Source of the DNA: Rhizobiaceae bacterium
GTDB lineage: Bacteria > Pseudomonadota > Alphaproteobacteria > Rhizobiales > Rhizobiaceae
Reading direction: 5' to 3'
Assembly: GCA_017644005.1 (NCBI GenBank)
Contig: JAEPMJ010000004.1
Location: 238,885 to 302,884 of the forward strand
Length of the DNA stretch: 64,000 nt
The position numbers and the translations under genes are program-made. This document shows, one piece after another, positions 49,676-61,707 of this stretch; the stretch's first letter is position 1; each line of letters starts with the position of its first letter. The notes below the pieces were generated by a model. It was not told where the DNA came from and ran no database searches. It saw only the letters and a list, made by a program, of their open reading frames with translations.

Positions 49676-52033
49676 ATGAAGGCAGCTTCCAGTCTGTTTG
49701 GCGCCGCTTCGGCGGTGTTTTTATCATTGTGTGTCGTGTTCTCTGGAAGCGTGGCTGTCCAGCTGGCATCGGTATCGTCGGCGCAGGCTGCGGTGGTCAG
49801 CCGTATCGACGTGCGCGGCAACGAGCGTGTCGATTCCGACACGATCCGCGATTACATCGGCATCCGGCCCGGCGTTTCGTTCAACAGTTCGGCGATTGAT
49901 GAGGCCGTGAAGCGGCTTTTCTCGACGAATCTGTTTTCCGAGGTCCAGATCAATCAGCGCGGCAGCGTTCTGGTTGTGGTTGTCGCCGAGTACCGGATCG
50001 TCAATCAGGTCATTTTTCAAGGCAACCGCAAGATCAAGGATGCCCAGCTCGCCAGCGCTGTCCAGCTGCAGCCGCGCGGTTCCTTCTCCGAAGCGGCGAT
50101 GCAGGCCGACATCAGCGCCGTGGAGGCTGCCTACAGCCGCATAGGCCGTGACGATGCCCGCGTCACCGCCTATACGCAGGATCTCGGCGACGGCCGAGTG
50201 AACGTGATTTTCGAGATTGTCGAGGGTGGCCGGACCAAGATCGCTTCGATCAATTTCGTCGGCAACAACGCCTATCGCGATGGCAGGCTTCAGGACGTCA
50301 TTCAGACCAAGAAATCCAACTTCCTGTCGTTCCTGAGCCGGAAGGACGTATTCGACGAGGCCCAGCTGCGCGTTGACGAAGAGCTGCTGCGCCGCTTCTA
50401 TTACAATCGCGGCTATGCCGACTTCCAGATCATTTCCTCGTCCGCTGAGCTGGATGCAACCGAGAACAAATACACCATCACGTTCACGGTCGATGAGGGC
50501 GAGCGCTATACGTTCGGCAATATCGAGATCGACAGCACGATCCAGGGAATCGATGCGCAGAGCCTCGAGCGTCTTGTGGAGACGCGCAGCGGCGACACCT
50601 ACAGCGCTTCGGATGTCGAAGACACGCTTGTTGCGATTACCGAGCGCCTCGCGGGGCAGGGCTATCCTTTCGCCCAGGTCACGCCACGCGGCGACCGCGA
50701 CTTCGTCAATCGCACGATCTCGGTTCTCTATACGATCGACCAGGGCCCCCGCGCCTATATCGAGCGCATCGAAATCCGCGGCAATACCAAGACGCGCGAC
50801 TTTGTCATTCGACGCGAATTCGACGTCAGCGAAGGCGACGCATTCAATCAGGTGCTGATCCAGCAGGCCCGCAAGCGCCTGGAGGCCCTCGATTTCTTCG
50901 CGTCGGTCGACATTTCGACCATGCAGGGTTCGGGACCCGATCAGGTCATTCTCATCGTGGATGTCGAAGACAAGTCGACCGGTGAGTTCTCAATCGGCGC
51001 AGGCTATGCGACCGGCAATACGCCAACGAGCGGTTTTCTGCTTGAGGCAGGCGTTTCAGAGCGCAATTTCCTCGGTCGCGGTCAGGCAATCCGGCTCTCG
51101 ATCTCCGGCGGCAGTTCCGCGCGCGACTACATGATTTCGTTCACCGAGCCGTATTTCCTCGGAAGGCGGATTTCGGCCGGTTTCGACATATTCCGGCAGA
51201 CGCGCTCCTACACGAACTACACCAGCACGGTGACCGGCGGTACGGTTCGCCTGGGGCTGCCGATTACCGAGCATCTGTCGACGACCTTCGCCTATAATCT
51301 GGCGATCGAGAACTACGCTTACACAACTACCGCGGGCGCGGTTTGCCCGGGCGCCGCTCCCGCGCCCTGTCCGGTATCCACGGCTGTCCAGGCGGGCGTT
51401 GCGGCGAGCCCGTGGACCAAATCGTCGATTTCGGCGACGCTGACCTACTCCACGATCGACAACATCCAGGATCCTCGTGACGGCCTCCACGCGACTTTCT
51501 CGACCGAGTTTGCCGGTATTTTCGGCAATGCTCGCTTCATCAAGGTCAGCGGCCGCGCGAACTACTACAAGACACTCTCCGAAGAGCTTGATCTCGTAGG
51601 TGTTCTGGTTGCCGGCGGTGGTCATGTTCAGGCGCTGGGCGTGCCTTTGCGTGTGTTCGACTACAACCAGTCGACGACCCGGATTATTCGTGGCTTCGCA
51701 CATAACGGTATTGGCCCGTTTGACCCGGCTACAGGCGATCATCTCGGCGGCGCGACGTATTTCCACGCCTCTGCCGAGATGCAGTTCCCGCTGCCGCTGC
51801 TGCCCAAGACCTTCGGCATGCGTGGCGCGGTGTTCGCCGACGCTGCGACCCTCTACGGCAACTCGCTTGCGACGGCCGCCGGGACCGCAATGGCTTGGCG
51901 CGCCTCCGTTGGCGCGAGCCTGATCTGGGCATCGCCGTTCGGGCCTTTGCGGGTTGACTATGCCCTGCCCGTTGTGCGGACGGCGTCGGATACGGTGCAG
52001 AATTTCAACTTCGGCATTTCGACGCGGTTCTAG
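49676..52033 (+). CDS. bamA: outer membrane protein assembly factor BamA
   Basis: 785 aa. Signal peptide, POTRA repeats and a C-terminal beta barrel ending NFGISTRF. Confidence 0.95.
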   Translation: MKAASSLFGAASAVFLSLCVVFSGSVAVQLASVSSAQAAVVSRIDVRGNERVDSDTIRDYIGIRPGVSFNSSAIDEAVKRLFSTNLFSEVQINQRGSVLVVVVAEYRIVNQVIFQGNRKIKDAQLASAVQLQPRGSFSEAAMQADISAVEAAYSRIGRDDARVTAYTQDLGDGRVNVIFEIVEGGRTKIASINFVGNNAYRDGRLQDVIQTKKSNFLSFLSRKDVFDEAQLRVDEELLRRFYYNRGYADFQIISSSAELDATENKYTITFTVDEGERYTFGNIEIDSTIQGIDAQSLERLVETRSGDTYSASDVEDTLVAITERLAGQGYPFAQVTPRGDRDFVNRTISVLYTIDQGPRAYIERIEIRGNTKTRDFVIRREFDVSEGDAFNQVLIQQARKRLEALDFFASVDISTMQGSGPDQVILIVDVEDKSTGEFSIGAGYATGNTPTSGFLLEAGVSERNFLGRGQAIRLSISGGSSARDYMISFTEPYFLGRRISAGFDIFRQTRSYTNYTSTVTGGTVRLGLPITEHLSTTFAYNLAIENYAYTTTAGAVCPGAAPAPCPVSTAVQAGVAASPWTKSSISATLTYSTIDNIQDPRDGLHATFSTEFAGIFGNARFIKVSGRANYYKTLSEELDLVGVLVAGGGHVQALGVPLRVFDYNQSTTRIIRGFAHNGIGPFDPATGDHLGGATYFHASAEMQFPLPLLPKTFGMRGAVFADAATLYGNSLATAAGTAMAWRASVGASLIWASPFGPLRVDYALPVVRTASDTVQNFNFGISTRF

Positions 52034-52090
52034 CCGCCGATTGAGGATTTCGGGCCATACGGCCCGAAACAGGCGTTGGAACAAGTTCCA

Positions 52091-53152
52091 ATGACAGAAC
52101 CGGTTTTCTTTGCGCTGGCGCGTAGCTATTCGGTCGAGGAGATTGCAGCCTCGACTGGCGCTGCTTTGCGCGATCCTTCGCTCGGACAGGTCGAAATCAG
52201 CGGCGTTGCGACCGCCGCTCAAGGGCGTGCAGGTACGCTGATCTTCATCGAAGACAAGCGATTGGCCGCTGATCTCGAACAGACCAGCGCCTCGGCTGTT
52301 CTGTGCCGTGCCGAACTGGCGGAGCGGGTGCCGACCGGCGTGGCAGCGCTTGTCACCGACAGGCCCCAACTTGCTTTTGTGGCTGCTACCAGGCTGCTGT
52401 TCCCAAACTCCATGCGCCCGGGCGCAATGACCGGCGAGACCGGCATATCGGCCGCTGCACATATCAGCGATTCTGCGCGGATCGAGCGCGGCGCAATCAT
52501 CGAAGCGAATGCTGTCATCGGACCGAACGCGGCCATAGGCGCGGGTACGGTTGTTGCTCCAGGTGCGGTGATTGGACCGCATTGCCAGATTGGCCGCGAC
52601 GGCTATGTCGGACCGTCAGCGACGGTGCAGTGCGCTTTTGTGGGCGACCGCGTCATCATTCATGGCGGGGTTCGCATCGGGCAGGACGGGTTCGGCTACG
52701 TGCCGGGTGCGCGTGGCGCAGAAAAAGTGCCGCAGCTTGGACGTGTGCTGATTCAGGACGACGTCGAGATTGGCGCCAATTCCACCATAGACCGCGGCGC
52801 GATCGGCGATACCGTGATCGGCCAGGGCAGCAAGATCGACAATCTCGTACAGATTGCCCACAACGTTCAGATCGGCCGCTGCTGCCTCATTGCGGGGCAG
52901 TGCGGCATATCCGGCTCTGTAACGCTGGGGGATTTTGTCCAGATGGGCGGCGGCGTCGGAATCAAGGACCACCTGTCAGTGGGTACAGGTGCGCAAATCG
53001 CGGCCGGATCCGGCCTCATGTATGATGTACCCGCAGGGGAAAAATGGGCCGGGCGGCCAGCAAGACCCTATCGCGATCACTTCAGGGAAGTTATGGCGTT
53101 GAGGTCGATGGGGAGTAAAAAGCGCAGAGGCGACGACCAGAATGAGCAGTGA
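52091..53152 (+). CDS. lpxD: UDP-3-O-acylglucosamine N-acyltransferase
   Basis: Left-handed beta-helix hexapeptide repeats. Position between bamA and fabZ. ATG 52091. Confidence 0.92.
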   Translation: MTEPVFFALARSYSVEEIAASTGAALRDPSLGQVEISGVATAAQGRAGTLIFIEDKRLAADLEQTSASAVLCRAELAERVPTGVAALVTDRPQLAFVAATRLLFPNSMRPGAMTGETGISAAAHISDSARIERGAIIEANAVIGPNAAIGAGTVVAPGAVIGPHCQIGRDGYVGPSATVQCAFVGDRVIIHGGVRIGQDGFGYVPGARGAEKVPQLGRVLIQDDVEIGANSTIDRGAIGDTVIGQGSKIDNLVQIAHNVQIGRCCLIAGQCGISGSVTLGDFVQMGGGVGIKDHLSVGTGAQIAAGSGLMYDVPAGEKWAGRPARPYRDHFREVMALRSMGSKKRRGDDQNEQ

Positions 53153-53612
53153 CACGAAAGAGCTTTCGACGCTGGACATTCAGAAGCTGCTCAAGCTTCT
53201 GCCGCATCGGTATCCGTTTCTGCTGGTCGATCGCATCGTTGAAGTCGACGGTGACGAGTCAGCCATCGGCATCAAGAACGTAACGATGAACGAACCGCAT
53301 TTCACCGGGCATTTTCCGGACATGCCGGTGATGCCGGGTGTGCTCATCATCGAGGCAATGGCCCAGACGGCGGGTGCGATCTGTGTCAATGCCATGAAGG
53401 ACGTCACCCGACCGCCGATGGTTTATTTCATGACCATTGATGGCGCCAAGTTCCGCAAGCCGGTCGTTCCGGGCGACCAACTGGAGATTCACGTGCGCAA
53501 GCTGAAGCAGCGCGGTTCGGTTTTCCGTTTCGGCTGTGAGGGCAGGGTTGCCGGCTCCAAGGTTGCCGAAGCCGAGGTGTCGGCGATGGTGTCGTTTGAA
53601 GATGGTCGCTAG
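53142..53612 (+). CDS. fabZ: 3-hydroxyacyl-ACP dehydratase FabZ
   Basis: 156 aa. Motifs [13 protein letters not shown] and [16 protein letters not shown]. Confidence 0.95.
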   Translation: MSSDTKELSTLDIQKLLKLLPHRYPFLLVDRIVEVDGDESAIGIKNVTMNEPHFTGHFPDMPVMPGVLIIEAMAQTAGAICVNAMKDVTRPPMVYFMTIDGAKFRKPVVPGDQLEIHVRKLKQRGSVFRFGCEGRVAGSKVAEAEVSAMVSFEDGR

Positions 53613-54462
53613 CGGCAGCGGCGGGTCCGCAACGGAACCGGTTGTTCACGGATTGTCGGTTGTCGAACCCGGTGCCCATCTGGCTGCCGGTGTCCGCATA
53701 GGGCCGTTCTGCCATGTCGGCGCGGAAGTGCGGCTTGGTGAAGGCGTCGAGCTGGCCTCGCATGTTTCCATTCTAGGTGCGACGACAATCGGTGCGGGGA
53801 CGCGTATTTCGCCCAATGTCGCGCTCGGAGGCGCGCCGCAGGACCTGCGGCACAAAGGCGGACGCACGACGCTCGAGATCGGCCGCAACTGCGTCATTCG
53901 CGAATTCGCGACAGCCCATGCGGGGTCCACCAGCGGCCGGGGGACGACGAAAATCGGCGACGAGTGCTTTCTCATGGCCTATTCGCATGTCGGGCACGAT
54001 TGCATTGTCGGCGACAAGGTCATTTTGACGAATTGTGCGACGCTCGGTGGCCATTGCGAAGTGGGCGAGGGCGCGATTCTGTCCGGCCATACGGCGGTGC
54101 ATCAGTTCGTCCGGATCGGCCACCACGCTTTTATTGCCGGCAATACGGCGGTCGGCGGCGATGTGATTCCCTTCGGATTTGCGCTGGGCACGCCGGCGAA
54201 GCTGGTTGGCCTCAATGTCATCGGGCTGCGCCGCGCCGGCGTCGAGCATTCCAGCGTCAGGGAACTGCGGCGAGCCTACAAGGCACTCTTTGACCCAGCC
54301 CGCCCATTTGCCGACAACCTGAAAGCTGTTGCGCAGGAGTTCGCCGGCAATGAGCGCGTCGTCGATGTGGTCGGTTTTCTGAGCCACCGCGGCAAGCGTG
54401 ATTTCGCGCTTCCGCCCGTCGGCGCGCGAGGCGCGGAAGCGTCGCTGATGGCGGAAGGCTGA
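53602..54462 (+). CDS. lpxA: acyl-ACP--UDP-N-acetylglucosamine O-acyltransferase
   Basis: 286 aa from ATG 53602 (11-bp overlap with fabZ). Hexapeptide repeats [23 protein letters not shown]... Confidence 0.9.
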   Translation: MVASGSGGSATEPVVHGLSVVEPGAHLAAGVRIGPFCHVGAEVRLGEGVELASHVSILGATTIGAGTRISPNVALGGAPQDLRHKGGRTTLEIGRNCVIREFATAHAGSTSGRGTTKIGDECFLMAYSHVGHDCIVGDKVILTNCATLGGHCEVGEGAILSGHTAVHQFVRIGHHAFIAGNTAVGGDVIPFGFALGTPAKLVGLNVIGLRRAGVEHSSVRELRRAYKALFDPARPFADNLKAVAQEFAGNERVVDVVGFLSHRGKRDFALPPVGARGAEASLMAEG

Positions 54463-54481
54463 CGGGCCCCGGCATGGAACG

Positions 54482-54511
54482 AAAAAGGCCGCGCATGGCG
54501 CGGCCTTTTTT
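54482..54511. terminator. bidirectional Rho-independent terminator (lpxA / gltA)
   Basis: AAAAA-GGCCGCGC-ATG-GCGCGGCC-TTTTTT, read directly. Confidence 0.85.
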
Positions 54512-54532
54512 GCATCTTTCCGAGACGGCAGG

Positions 54533-55822
54533 TTACCGGCGGGCAATCGGAACGTAGTCGCGCATCTGTTCGCCGGTGTAGAGCTGGCGTGGCCGGCCGA
54601 TCTTCTGATGCGGGTCCTCGATCATCTCTTTCCACTGCGCAACCCAGCCGACGGTGCGGGCCACGGCAAACAGCACGGTGAACATGGTGGTGGGGAAGCC
54701 CAGCGCCTTGAGCGTGATGCCCGAATAGAAGTCGATGTTCGGGTAGAGCTTCTTCTCGATGAAATATTCGTCCGTAAGCGCTATTTTTTCGAGTTCCATC
54801 GCGACGTCCAGAAGCGGATCGTCCTTGATGCCGAGTTCGCCGAGAACTTCATGCGTGGTCTTCTGCATGATCTTGGCGCGCGGATCGTAGTTTTTGTAGA
54901 CGCGGTGACCGAAGCCCATCAGCCGGAACGGATCGTCGCGATCCTTGGCACGATCAATGAACTCTGGAATGCGGTCGACCGAGCCGATTTCGGCGAGCAT
55001 GTTGAGCGCGGCTTCGTTTGCGCCGCCATGAGCCGGCCCCCACAGACAGGCGATGCCGGCTGCGATGCAGGCAAAGGGATTTGCACCCGATGAGCCGGCA
55101 AGCCGGACAGTCGAGGTCGATGCGTTCTGCTCGTGGTCTGCGTGCAGGATGAAGATGCGCTCCATGGCGCGCGCCAGCACGGGATTGACCGAATAGTCCT
55201 CGCACGGCACGGCGAAGCACATATGCAGGAAGTTTGCAGCGTAGTTGAGCTCATTGCGCGGGTAAACGAAAGGCTGGCCGATGTGGTATTTGTAGGCCAT
55301 CGCCGCGATCGTGGGCATTTTCGCGATCATACGGATCGAGGCCACCATACGCTGGTGGGGGTCCGAGATGTCGGTCGAGTCGTGGTAGAATGCCGAGAGG
55401 GCGCCAACCACCCCGCACATGACAGCCATCGGGTGCGCGTCACGGCGGAAGCCGGTGAAAAAGCGCGACATCTGCTCATGCACCATGGTGTGGCGCGTCA
55501 CGCGATAGTCGAAATCCTCTTTCTGCGTCTTGGTGGGCAGATCGCCGTAAAGCAGCAGGTAGCAGACTTCGAGGAAATCACCGTGCTCGGCTAGCTGGTC
55601 GATCGGATAGCCGCGGTGCAGGAGTACGCCCTCGTCGCCATCGATATAGGTGATTCCGGACTCACAGCTCGCGGTCGAGGTGAACCCAGGATCGTATGTG
55701 AACATCCCAGTGTCACGGTAGAGCGCACCGATATCGATGACGTCGGGGCCAACTGTTCCTCCCCGGACCTTGAATTCGGTTTTCTTGTTGTCGAAAACCA
55801 GCGATGCGGTCGATCCCGTCAT
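54533..55822 (-). CDS. gltA: citrate synthase (type II)
   Basis: 429 aa from [17 protein letters not shown] (RBS GAGAGG). Motif [14 protein letters not shown]. Confidence 0.95.
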   Translation of the reverse strand: MTGSTASLVFDNKKTEFKVRGGTVGPDVIDIGALYRDTGMFTYDPGFTSTASCESGITYIDGDEGVLLHRGYPIDQLAEHGDFLEVCYLLLYGDLPTKTQKEDFDYRVTRHTMVHEQMSRFFTGFRRDAHPMAVMCGVVGALSAFYHDSTDISDPHQRMVASIRMIAKMPTIAAMAYKYHIGQPFVYPRNELNYAANFLHMCFAVPCEDYSVNPVLARAMERIFILHADHEQNASTSTVRLAGSSGANPFACIAAGIACLWGPAHGGANEAALNMLAEIGSVDRIPEFIDRAKDRDDPFRLMGFGHRVYKNYDPRAKIMQKTTHEVLGELGIKDDPLLDVAMELEKIALTDEYFIEKKLYPNIDFYSGITLKALGFPTTMFTVLFAVARTVGWVAQWKEMIEDPHQKIGRPRQLYTGEQMRDYVPIARR

Positions 55823-55980
55823 GGTGCTACCTCTCAAAATTCTCGTTTTTCCCGGAAAGCGCGGGTACCTCTGACCGAGGTCGCGAGCGCGCTTTAGCTA
55901 CCGCATTTGGGTAGCACTGCCAAGCACGCCAAATGGCTATGTTGCATTGCAACCTCCGCATATGCAACAAGCGTCTGCCA

Positions 55981-57405
55981 TTAAGATGCTGCCTGATCGC
56001 CGATACGCGCCAGGCTTTCGTTGCGTCCAAGCACAACAAGAACATCGAAAACACCGGGCGATGTGGCCCGGCCGGTAAGCGCCGCGCGCAGGGGCTGTGC
56101 CAGCTTGCCGAGCTTCACATCTGCCTGTTCAGCATGAGCGCGTACGATCCGCTCCAGCGTCGGTGCATCCCAGTCAGGTGCTTCGTTCAGCTTCGGCAGC
56201 AAGTCACCCAAGAGAACGCGTGCGGCGTCATCCAGAATACCTCCGGCCTTTTCATCCAGTTGAAGAGGCCGTTCGGCGAACAGAAATCCGGTGCTATCGG
56301 CCAACTCCACAAGCGTCTTGGCGCGCTCCTTCAAACCAGGCATCGCCTGAAGGAGCTGGGCCTTGCGTTGGTCGGTCATGCCGGCGAGGAGCAATTCGCC
56401 CCCCTCCAGAAACGGCAGCGTGTCGATGAGCGCATCAAGCAGCGACCGGTCGTCCATCTGGCGCATGTGAATGCCGTTGAGCGCCTCGAGTTTCTTGAAG
56501 TCGAAACGTGCTGCGCCCTTGTTGATATCTTCGATTTCGAACCAGCCGATCATGTCGTCAATTGACATGACCTCATCGTCGCCATGGCTCCAGCCGAGGC
56601 GGGCGAGGTAGTTGTTGAGCGCATGCGGCAGGTAGCCCATGGCGCGATAGGCCTCGACGCCGAGCGCGCCATGGCGCTTCGAGAGCTTGGCGCCGTCCGG
56701 TCCGTGGATAAGCGGCACATGCGCCATCACCGGGATATCCCAGCCCATGGCGTCGTAGATGATCTGCTGGCGCGCGGCGTTGGTCAGGTGGTCGTCGCCG
56801 CGGATAATGTGGGTGACGCCCATGTCGTGATCGTCGACAACGACGGCGTGCATGTATGTCGGGTTGCCATCCGAGCGCAGGATAATGAAATCGTCGAGGT
56901 CCTTGTTGGGAAAACGCACGTCTCCCTGGACCCGGTCACGGACGACCGTTTCGCCATCCTGCGGCGCCTTGATGCGCACAACCGGCTTCACGCCAGCCGG
57001 TGCCTCTGCCGGGTCCCTGTCGCGCCAGCGGCCGTCGTAACGCGGCGGGCGGCCTTCTGCGCGGGCCTTTTCGCGCATTTCCGCGAGTTCGTCCTGGCTG
57101 GCAAAGCAATGATAGGCCTTGCCGCGCGCAACCAGCTCATTTGCCACTTCGCGATGGCGTTCGGCGCGTGCGAATTGTGAGATCGGTTCCTCGTCCGCCT
57201 CGAGCCCGAGCCATTTCAGACCATCGAGTATTGCGGCAGTCGCAGCGGCGGTGGAGCGCTCGCGGTCGGTGTCTTCGATGCGAAGAAGCATCTTGCCGCC
57301 AGTGTGGCGGGCGAAAAGCCAGTTGAACAGGGCCGTCCGCGCTCCGCCAATGTGAAGAAAGCCCGTTGGCGAGGGGGCAAAGCGAGTTACGACGGGGTTG
57401 GGCAT
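55981..57405 (-). CDS. gltX: glutamate--tRNA ligase
   Basis: 474 aa from [24 protein letters not shown] (HIGH-type) with KLSKR (KMSKS-type). The track start 57561 is an artefactual extension. Confidence 0.93.
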   Translation of the reverse strand: MPNPVVTRFAPSPTGFLHIGGARTALFNWLFARHTGGKMLLRIEDTDRERSTAAATAAILDGLKWLGLEADEEPISQFARAERHREVANELVARGKAYHCFASQDELAEMREKARAEGRPPRYDGRWRDRDPAEAPAGVKPVVRIKAPQDGETVVRDRVQGDVRFPNKDLDDFIILRSDGNPTYMHAVVVDDHDMGVTHIIRGDDHLTNAARQQIIYDAMGWDIPVMAHVPLIHGPDGAKLSKRHGALGVEAYRAMGYLPHALNNYLARLGWSHGDDEVMSIDDMIGWFEIEDINKGAARFDFKKLEALNGIHMRQMDDRSLLDALIDTLPFLEGGELLLAGMTDQRKAQLLQAMPGLKERAKTLVELADSTGFLFAERPLQLDEKAGGILDDAARVLLGDLLPKLNEAPDWDAPTLERIVRAHAEQADVKLGKLAQPLRAALTGRATSPGVFDVLVVLGRNESLARIGDQAAS

Positions 57406-57481
57406 GATCAATCCTGGCTGAAGCGCGATACCGGCGCAAAGTGGCGTTTCGAGCCGGTTCATGTAGCATAGGCCCATTGGG

Positions 57482-59848
57482 GTGCAAGCTTTGGACGGAC
57501 GGTCTGCCTGTATGGAAGGCGAACGGACGACGGACGCCCTGGACGAACGCCTGGTATTCACCGGCGCTGACGGTCAGTCAGCGATATTGCATTCATCGGT
57601 TGGCGCCGGGTCGCGCGCCATGTCGGCCGCCGCCGGTCCGGTTGGCCGGCGGAGTGCCATCACGGTCTTGCGCCAGGCAGTCGTCTCGGCGCTGGAAACC
57701 GAGCGTGACTTCGGATCAGGCTTTGTCGCCGTGCCCGTATTGCTGGCCGCCGGTGCAGTTACCTACTTCTGCCTTCCGAAAGAACCGCATGCGATGCTGG
57801 TCGCCGCTGCCGTTCCGATCATGGCATGTGCAACCGCTTTGGTGCGAAGGGTCCTTTGGATGCGGGCTGCCGGCCTTGCGGTGCTGTCGCTGCTTGTCGG
57901 CGTGCTGGCTGGATCGGTCGAGACCTGGCGTCATTCCACGCAGATGATGGGCTCGAGCATCTCCACCCACCTTACAGGCAGGCTTGCGGCAATCGAATTG
58001 CGGGCAAGCGGGCGAACCAGGCTTACGATCGACGTGATTGCGACCGAGCGTCCGCAACTGCGATATGCCCCTGCGCGCATCCGGGCAACGGCAGGGGAGG
58101 TGCCTGGCGACCTTGCTCCCGGGGACGGGGTCAGGGGAGTCGTGCGGCTCCTTTCCCCGTCCGGCCCGGCGCGGCCACACGGTTATGATTTCGCGTTCGA
58201 AAACTACTTCGACGGTATCGGCGCCAACGGTTTTTTCCTGTCCGGCCCTTTTCCGGCGCATCTGCGGGGCGGTGTGCCCGCCAGGGTCGCCGTCCTGGCT
58301 TGGGTGGAACGGCAGCGGCTGATCCTTGCGGGCCGTATCCGCGAGCGCATCTCGGGTCCCGAGGGTGAGGTGGCCGCAGCCCTCGTCGCCGGCGTGCGCG
58401 GCGGAATTCCAGATTATGTGACCGAAGCGCTTCGCAAGACAGGCCTGGCGCACATACTGGCTATTTCTGGCCTGCATATGGCGCTGGTCGCGGGAACGGT
58501 GGTTGGCGCGATGCGGCTGGTGTTTGCGCTTTTTCCAGGCTTTTCCTCTCGGCATCCGGTGAAGAAATATGCCGCCGCCGGCGGACTTCTGGCTCTGTCG
58601 CTTTATCTCGTAATCTCGGGCGCGGCGGTCGCGGCGCAACGTGCCTATGTGATGTTCGCGGTGATGCTGGTCGCGGTGATGTTTGACCGCGCGGCACTCA
58701 CCATGCGTAATCTGGCGATTGCCGGCGTGATCATCCTCGCCGTTGCGCCACATGAGGTTATGGGGCCGAGCTTCCAGATGTCATTTGCCGCGACGGCGGC
58801 GCTGGTCGGGGCCTATGGCTGGTATTCAGAACGTCGGCGCCGGCGGCAGCCTGGCGACTGGGCGCGGCGCACGGCATTCGCCAACGCTCTCAGACTGACC
58901 GGGCTGTTTTTTGCCGGCCTGGCCGCGACTTCAATCATTGCGGGACTGGCAACCGGACTTTTCGCGGCATGGCATTTCCAGCGGGTCGCGCCGCTGGGGC
59001 TGTTCGCCAATCTCGCTGCCATGCCGATCGTGACAATTGTCGTCATGCCCTGTGCGGTTGCCGGCGTGTTGGCAATGCCGCTGGGCCTCGATGGCGTGTT
59101 TTTTGCCGGGATGGGCCATGGGCTGGCTTTGGTCATAGCCGTTGCCGAGTGGCTGGCGGAACGCTCGCCGGTGGACGCGGTTGGCGCCATACCGCCGCTC
59201 GCCGTTGTTCTGTTGGCCGTGGCGCTTGTACAGGCGGTGGTATCGACAACGTGGCTAAGGTCAATGGCGCTCCCAATCGCCGCCGTCGGCCTCGCCCTGA
59301 TCCTGATGCGGGACCGGCCCGATGTGCTGATTTCGGAAAATTCCCTGCTGGTCGCCATGCCGCTCTCCGATGGCCGTGTGGCCATCAACACAAGACGGCC
59401 TTCGACTTTCACGCTGGATATCTGGATGGCGGCGTTGAATGCCGGCGAGGCCGCAAAGCCGGAAGGCGCCGGTGAGCTTCTGCCCGCGCCCACGGAAGCC
59501 GGGTTCCGTTGCGCTGGCGATCGGTGCGTTGCAACACACAAAAGCGGGGCCGTGGTGGCATACGCCAAGTCCGTGTCGGAAGCATCGCTGCTGTGTGACA
59601 CGGTAACCCTGATGATCATCGGCGATGCGACCGCCGACGGCGTATGCGCGAATGCAGTCACCATCGTGCTCACCAAGCGCGATCTTGCTTTGCGGGGCAG
59701 CGCCGAAGTGCGGTTCCGCGATGGCGGCGTCATTGTCAGGCACGCTATCGGCCAGCAATTGCGCCCATGGCACGCGCACAGAAAATACTCACGCGAGGCG
59801 AGGGGCCTGCCACCCTATCGACGGCGGCAGGCCGCAGCCGGTCAATAG
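57482..59848 (+). CDS. comEC: ComEC/Rec2 family competence membrane protein
   Basis: About 780 aa with many TM helices. Competence domain [15 protein letters not shown]. The start is ambiguous (GTG 57482 or ATG 57512). Confidence 0.85.
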   Translation: MQALDGRSACMEGERTTDALDERLVFTGADGQSAILHSSVGAGSRAMSAAAGPVGRRSAITVLRQAVVSALETERDFGSGFVAVPVLLAAGAVTYFCLPKEPHAMLVAAAVPIMACATALVRRVLWMRAAGLAVLSLLVGVLAGSVETWRHSTQMMGSSISTHLTGRLAAIELRASGRTRLTIDVIATERPQLRYAPARIRATAGEVPGDLAPGDGVRGVVRLLSPSGPARPHGYDFAFENYFDGIGANGFFLSGPFPAHLRGGVPARVAVLAWVERQRLILAGRIRERISGPEGEVAAALVAGVRGGIPDYVTEALRKTGLAHILAISGLHMALVAGTVVGAMRLVFALFPGFSSRHPVKKYAAAGGLLALSLYLVISGAAVAAQRAYVMFAVMLVAVMFDRAALTMRNLAIAGVIILAVAPHEVMGPSFQMSFAATAALVGAYGWYSERRRRRQPGDWARRTAFANALRLTGLFFAGLAATSIIAGLATGLFAAWHFQRVAPLGLFANLAAMPIVTIVVMPCAVAGVLAMPLGLDGVFFAGMGHGLALVIAVAEWLAERSPVDAVGAIPPLAVVLLAVALVQAVVSTTWLRSMALPIAAVGLALILMRDRPDVLISENSLLVAMPLSDGRVAINTRRPSTFTLDIWMAALNAGEAAKPEGAGELLPAPTEAGFRCAGDRCVATHKSGAVVAYAKSVSEASLLCDTVTLMIIGDATADGVCANAVTIVLTKRDLALRGSAEVRFRDGGVIVRHAIGQQLRPWHAHRKYSREARGLPPYRRRQAAAGQ

Positions 59849-60552
59849 CGGCGGATAAGACCGACCAGGCGCCCCTGCACCTTGACCCTGTCGGGACCGA
59901 AGATGCGCGTTTCATAGGCGGGGTTGGCTGCTTCGAGCGCAATCGAGGCGCCTTTGCGGCGGAAACGCTTCAGTGTCGCTTCTTCGTCATCCACCAGCGC
60001 CACCACGATCTCGCCGGGACTAGCCGTTTGCGTATTACGGATGACAACGGTGTCGCCATCGAAGATACCGGCATCGATCATCGAATCGCCCTTGACTTCG
60101 AGGGCGTAGTGATCGCCGCCGGAGATCATGTCGGGCGGAACCGAAATCGAATGTGTCTGGTGCTGAATTGCCTCAATCGGCACACCGGCGGCGATACGGC
60201 CCATGACAGGAACGGAGATGGCGGCGTTTTCATCGTCATCGTTGCTAGCAGCGGGAACCCGGGACGGCGTCTTGCCGAGGCTGCCTTCGATGACGCTTGG
60301 CGAAAAGCGTTTCGCGGCGTTGAGGCCGGGCGCAATGGAATCGGGCAGCCGCAGAACCTCGAGCGCGCGTGCCCGATTGGGCAGGCGGCGGATGAAGCCG
60401 CGTTCCTCGAGCGCCGTAATCAGCCGGTGGATGCCAGACTTCGATGCCAGATCCAGCGCTTCCTTCATCTCGTCGAATGAAGGCGGAATGCCGGTTTCCT
60501 TGAGCCGCTCGTGAATGAAGAGCAGAAGCTCGTGCTGTTTGCGCGTCAACAT
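59842..60552 (-). CDS. lexA: SOS repressor LexA
   Basis: 236 aa from [29 protein letters not shown]. Ala-Gly cleavage site (RIAAGVP), Ser in KGDSM and Lys in ATLKRF. It converges on comEC with a 7-bp overlap. Confidence 0.95.
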   Translation of the reverse strand: MLTRKQHELLLFIHERLKETGIPPSFDEMKEALDLASKSGIHRLITALEERGFIRRLPNRARALEVLRLPDSIAPGLNAAKRFSPSVIEGSLGKTPSRVPAASNDDDENAAISVPVMGRIAAGVPIEAIQHQTHSISVPPDMISGGDHYALEVKGDSMIDAGIFDGDTVVIRNTQTASPGEIVVALVDDEEATLKRFRRKGASIALEAANPAYETRIFGPDRVKVQGRLVGLIRRY

Positions 60553-60617
60553 TGTCTGTCCCCTGAACCAGATCAGCCGGGAATCACCGGCAAACAAAAC
60601 CAGAACAATCACTATAT

Positions 60618-60632
60618 GTTCCAGTCTTGTTC
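60618..60632. promoter_or_regulatory. LexA (SOS) box GTTCCAGTCTTGTTC in the lexA promoter
   Basis: GTTC-N7-GTTC, which reads GAAC-N7-GAAC in the lexA orientation. It lies 66 bp upstream of the lexA ATG and overlaps the spacer of a putative GGTTGC-N17-TATAGT promoter. Confidence 0.7.
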
Positions 60633-60650
60633 CGCAACCGTTTAATGCGG

Positions 60651-60673
60651 ATGTATCCCCTTGAAACATGTAA
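60651..60673. repeat. left terminal inverted repeat ATGTATCCCCTTGAAACATGTAA
   Basis: It is the reverse complement of 62679..62701, except at the central base. Confidence 0.8.
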
Positions 60674-60696
60674 TCAGAAACGCTATATTCTGATGC

Positions 60697-61584
60697 ATGA
60701 GCACGAACCCGAAAATTCCCACGCTAAAACAATTCCTTACGGCATTCCCGGATGACGAATCCTGCCTAGACCATTTGATGGTCGTTCGATACGGAAAGCG
60801 CCACGAATGCACAAAATGCGGACGGATCGCGAACTTTCATCGCGTCAAAGCCCGCCGCTGCTACGAGTGCGACTTCTGCGGCTATCAGGTCTATCCGACC
60901 GCCGGGACGCCTTTCGAGAACACCCGCACGTCGCTCCGGGACTGGTTCATAGTCATGCTCCTGTTCTGCACGTCGCGCAACGGCGTGTCGGCCAAGGAAG
61001 TCGAGCGCACCATCGGCGTGACGTACAAGACCGCTTGGCGCATGTGCAATCTCATCCGCCAGTACATGGGTTATGTGGACGGTGAAGCGCCGCTTGGCGG
61101 TCCCGGTGGCGGCATTGTCGAAGTGGACAAGATGTTCTTTGGCGGCAAGGACAAGATGGGGCAGGACGACAAGGTTGTGGTTCTAGGCGCTACCGAGCGC
61201 GGCGGCGAAACCGTCACCAAGATTATCCAGTCGCGCCGCGCCAAGCACGTCATGCCGCGCCTTACCCGCTGGCTGCGTCCCGGCTCGCGTGTCGCGACCG
61301 ATGAAGCGCTCGTGTTCAAAGGGCTTTCCGCCTACGGCTACCAGCACGAAACGGTCAATCACCGCGAGCGCGAGTACGTCAAAGGCAACACGCATACAAA
61401 CAACATGGAAGCCTTCTGGTCGCACGTTAAGCGGTCGATCAAGGGCACCTATGTCAACGTTTCGGCGACTTGGCTCCAGACTTATCTTTGGGAGTTCGAG
61501 TTCCGCCAGAACCTTCGGAGGCAGCCCCACTTGATGCTGGACCTGCTTTTGCAGTCGTTCCCGCGTCCTTCAAAGGCGGCTTAG
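60697..61584 (+). CDS. IS1595-family transposase (N-terminal zinc ribbon + ISXO2-like DDE domain)
   Basis: 295 aa. Zinc ribbon [10 protein letters not shown]...CYECDFCG. Candidate catalytic residues are in [19 protein letters not shown] and [14 protein letters not shown]. Confidence 0.85.
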   Translation: MSTNPKIPTLKQFLTAFPDDESCLDHLMVVRYGKRHECTKCGRIANFHRVKARRCYECDFCGYQVYPTAGTPFENTRTSLRDWFIVMLLFCTSRNGVSAKEVERTIGVTYKTAWRMCNLIRQYMGYVDGEAPLGGPGGGIVEVDKMFFGGKDKMGQDDKVVVLGATERGGETVTKIIQSRRAKHVMPRLTRWLRPGSRVATDEALVFKGLSAYGYQHETVNHREREYVKGNTHTNNMEAFWSHVKRSIKGTYVNVSATWLQTYLWEFEFRQNLRRQPHLMLDLLLQSFPRPSKAA

Positions 61585-61707
61585 TCAGCATCGCCTTTAG
61601 AAGCGTGTCGAAGCGGGTGTTGGCTTCTGTTGGCATTTTGGCTCCTTGGTTGCCGTAACGGCGATTCTACCGGATAGTTGCCGCGAAGATAAACGGGGCG
61701 ACAGATA

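Noticed and set aside
55938-55955. 13-bp palindrome GTTGCATTGCAAC between gltA and gltX.
   Set aside because: It is a single short palindrome with no second copy or known motif match. It could be a regulator site or part of the gltX 3' structure, and there is not enough evidence to call it.
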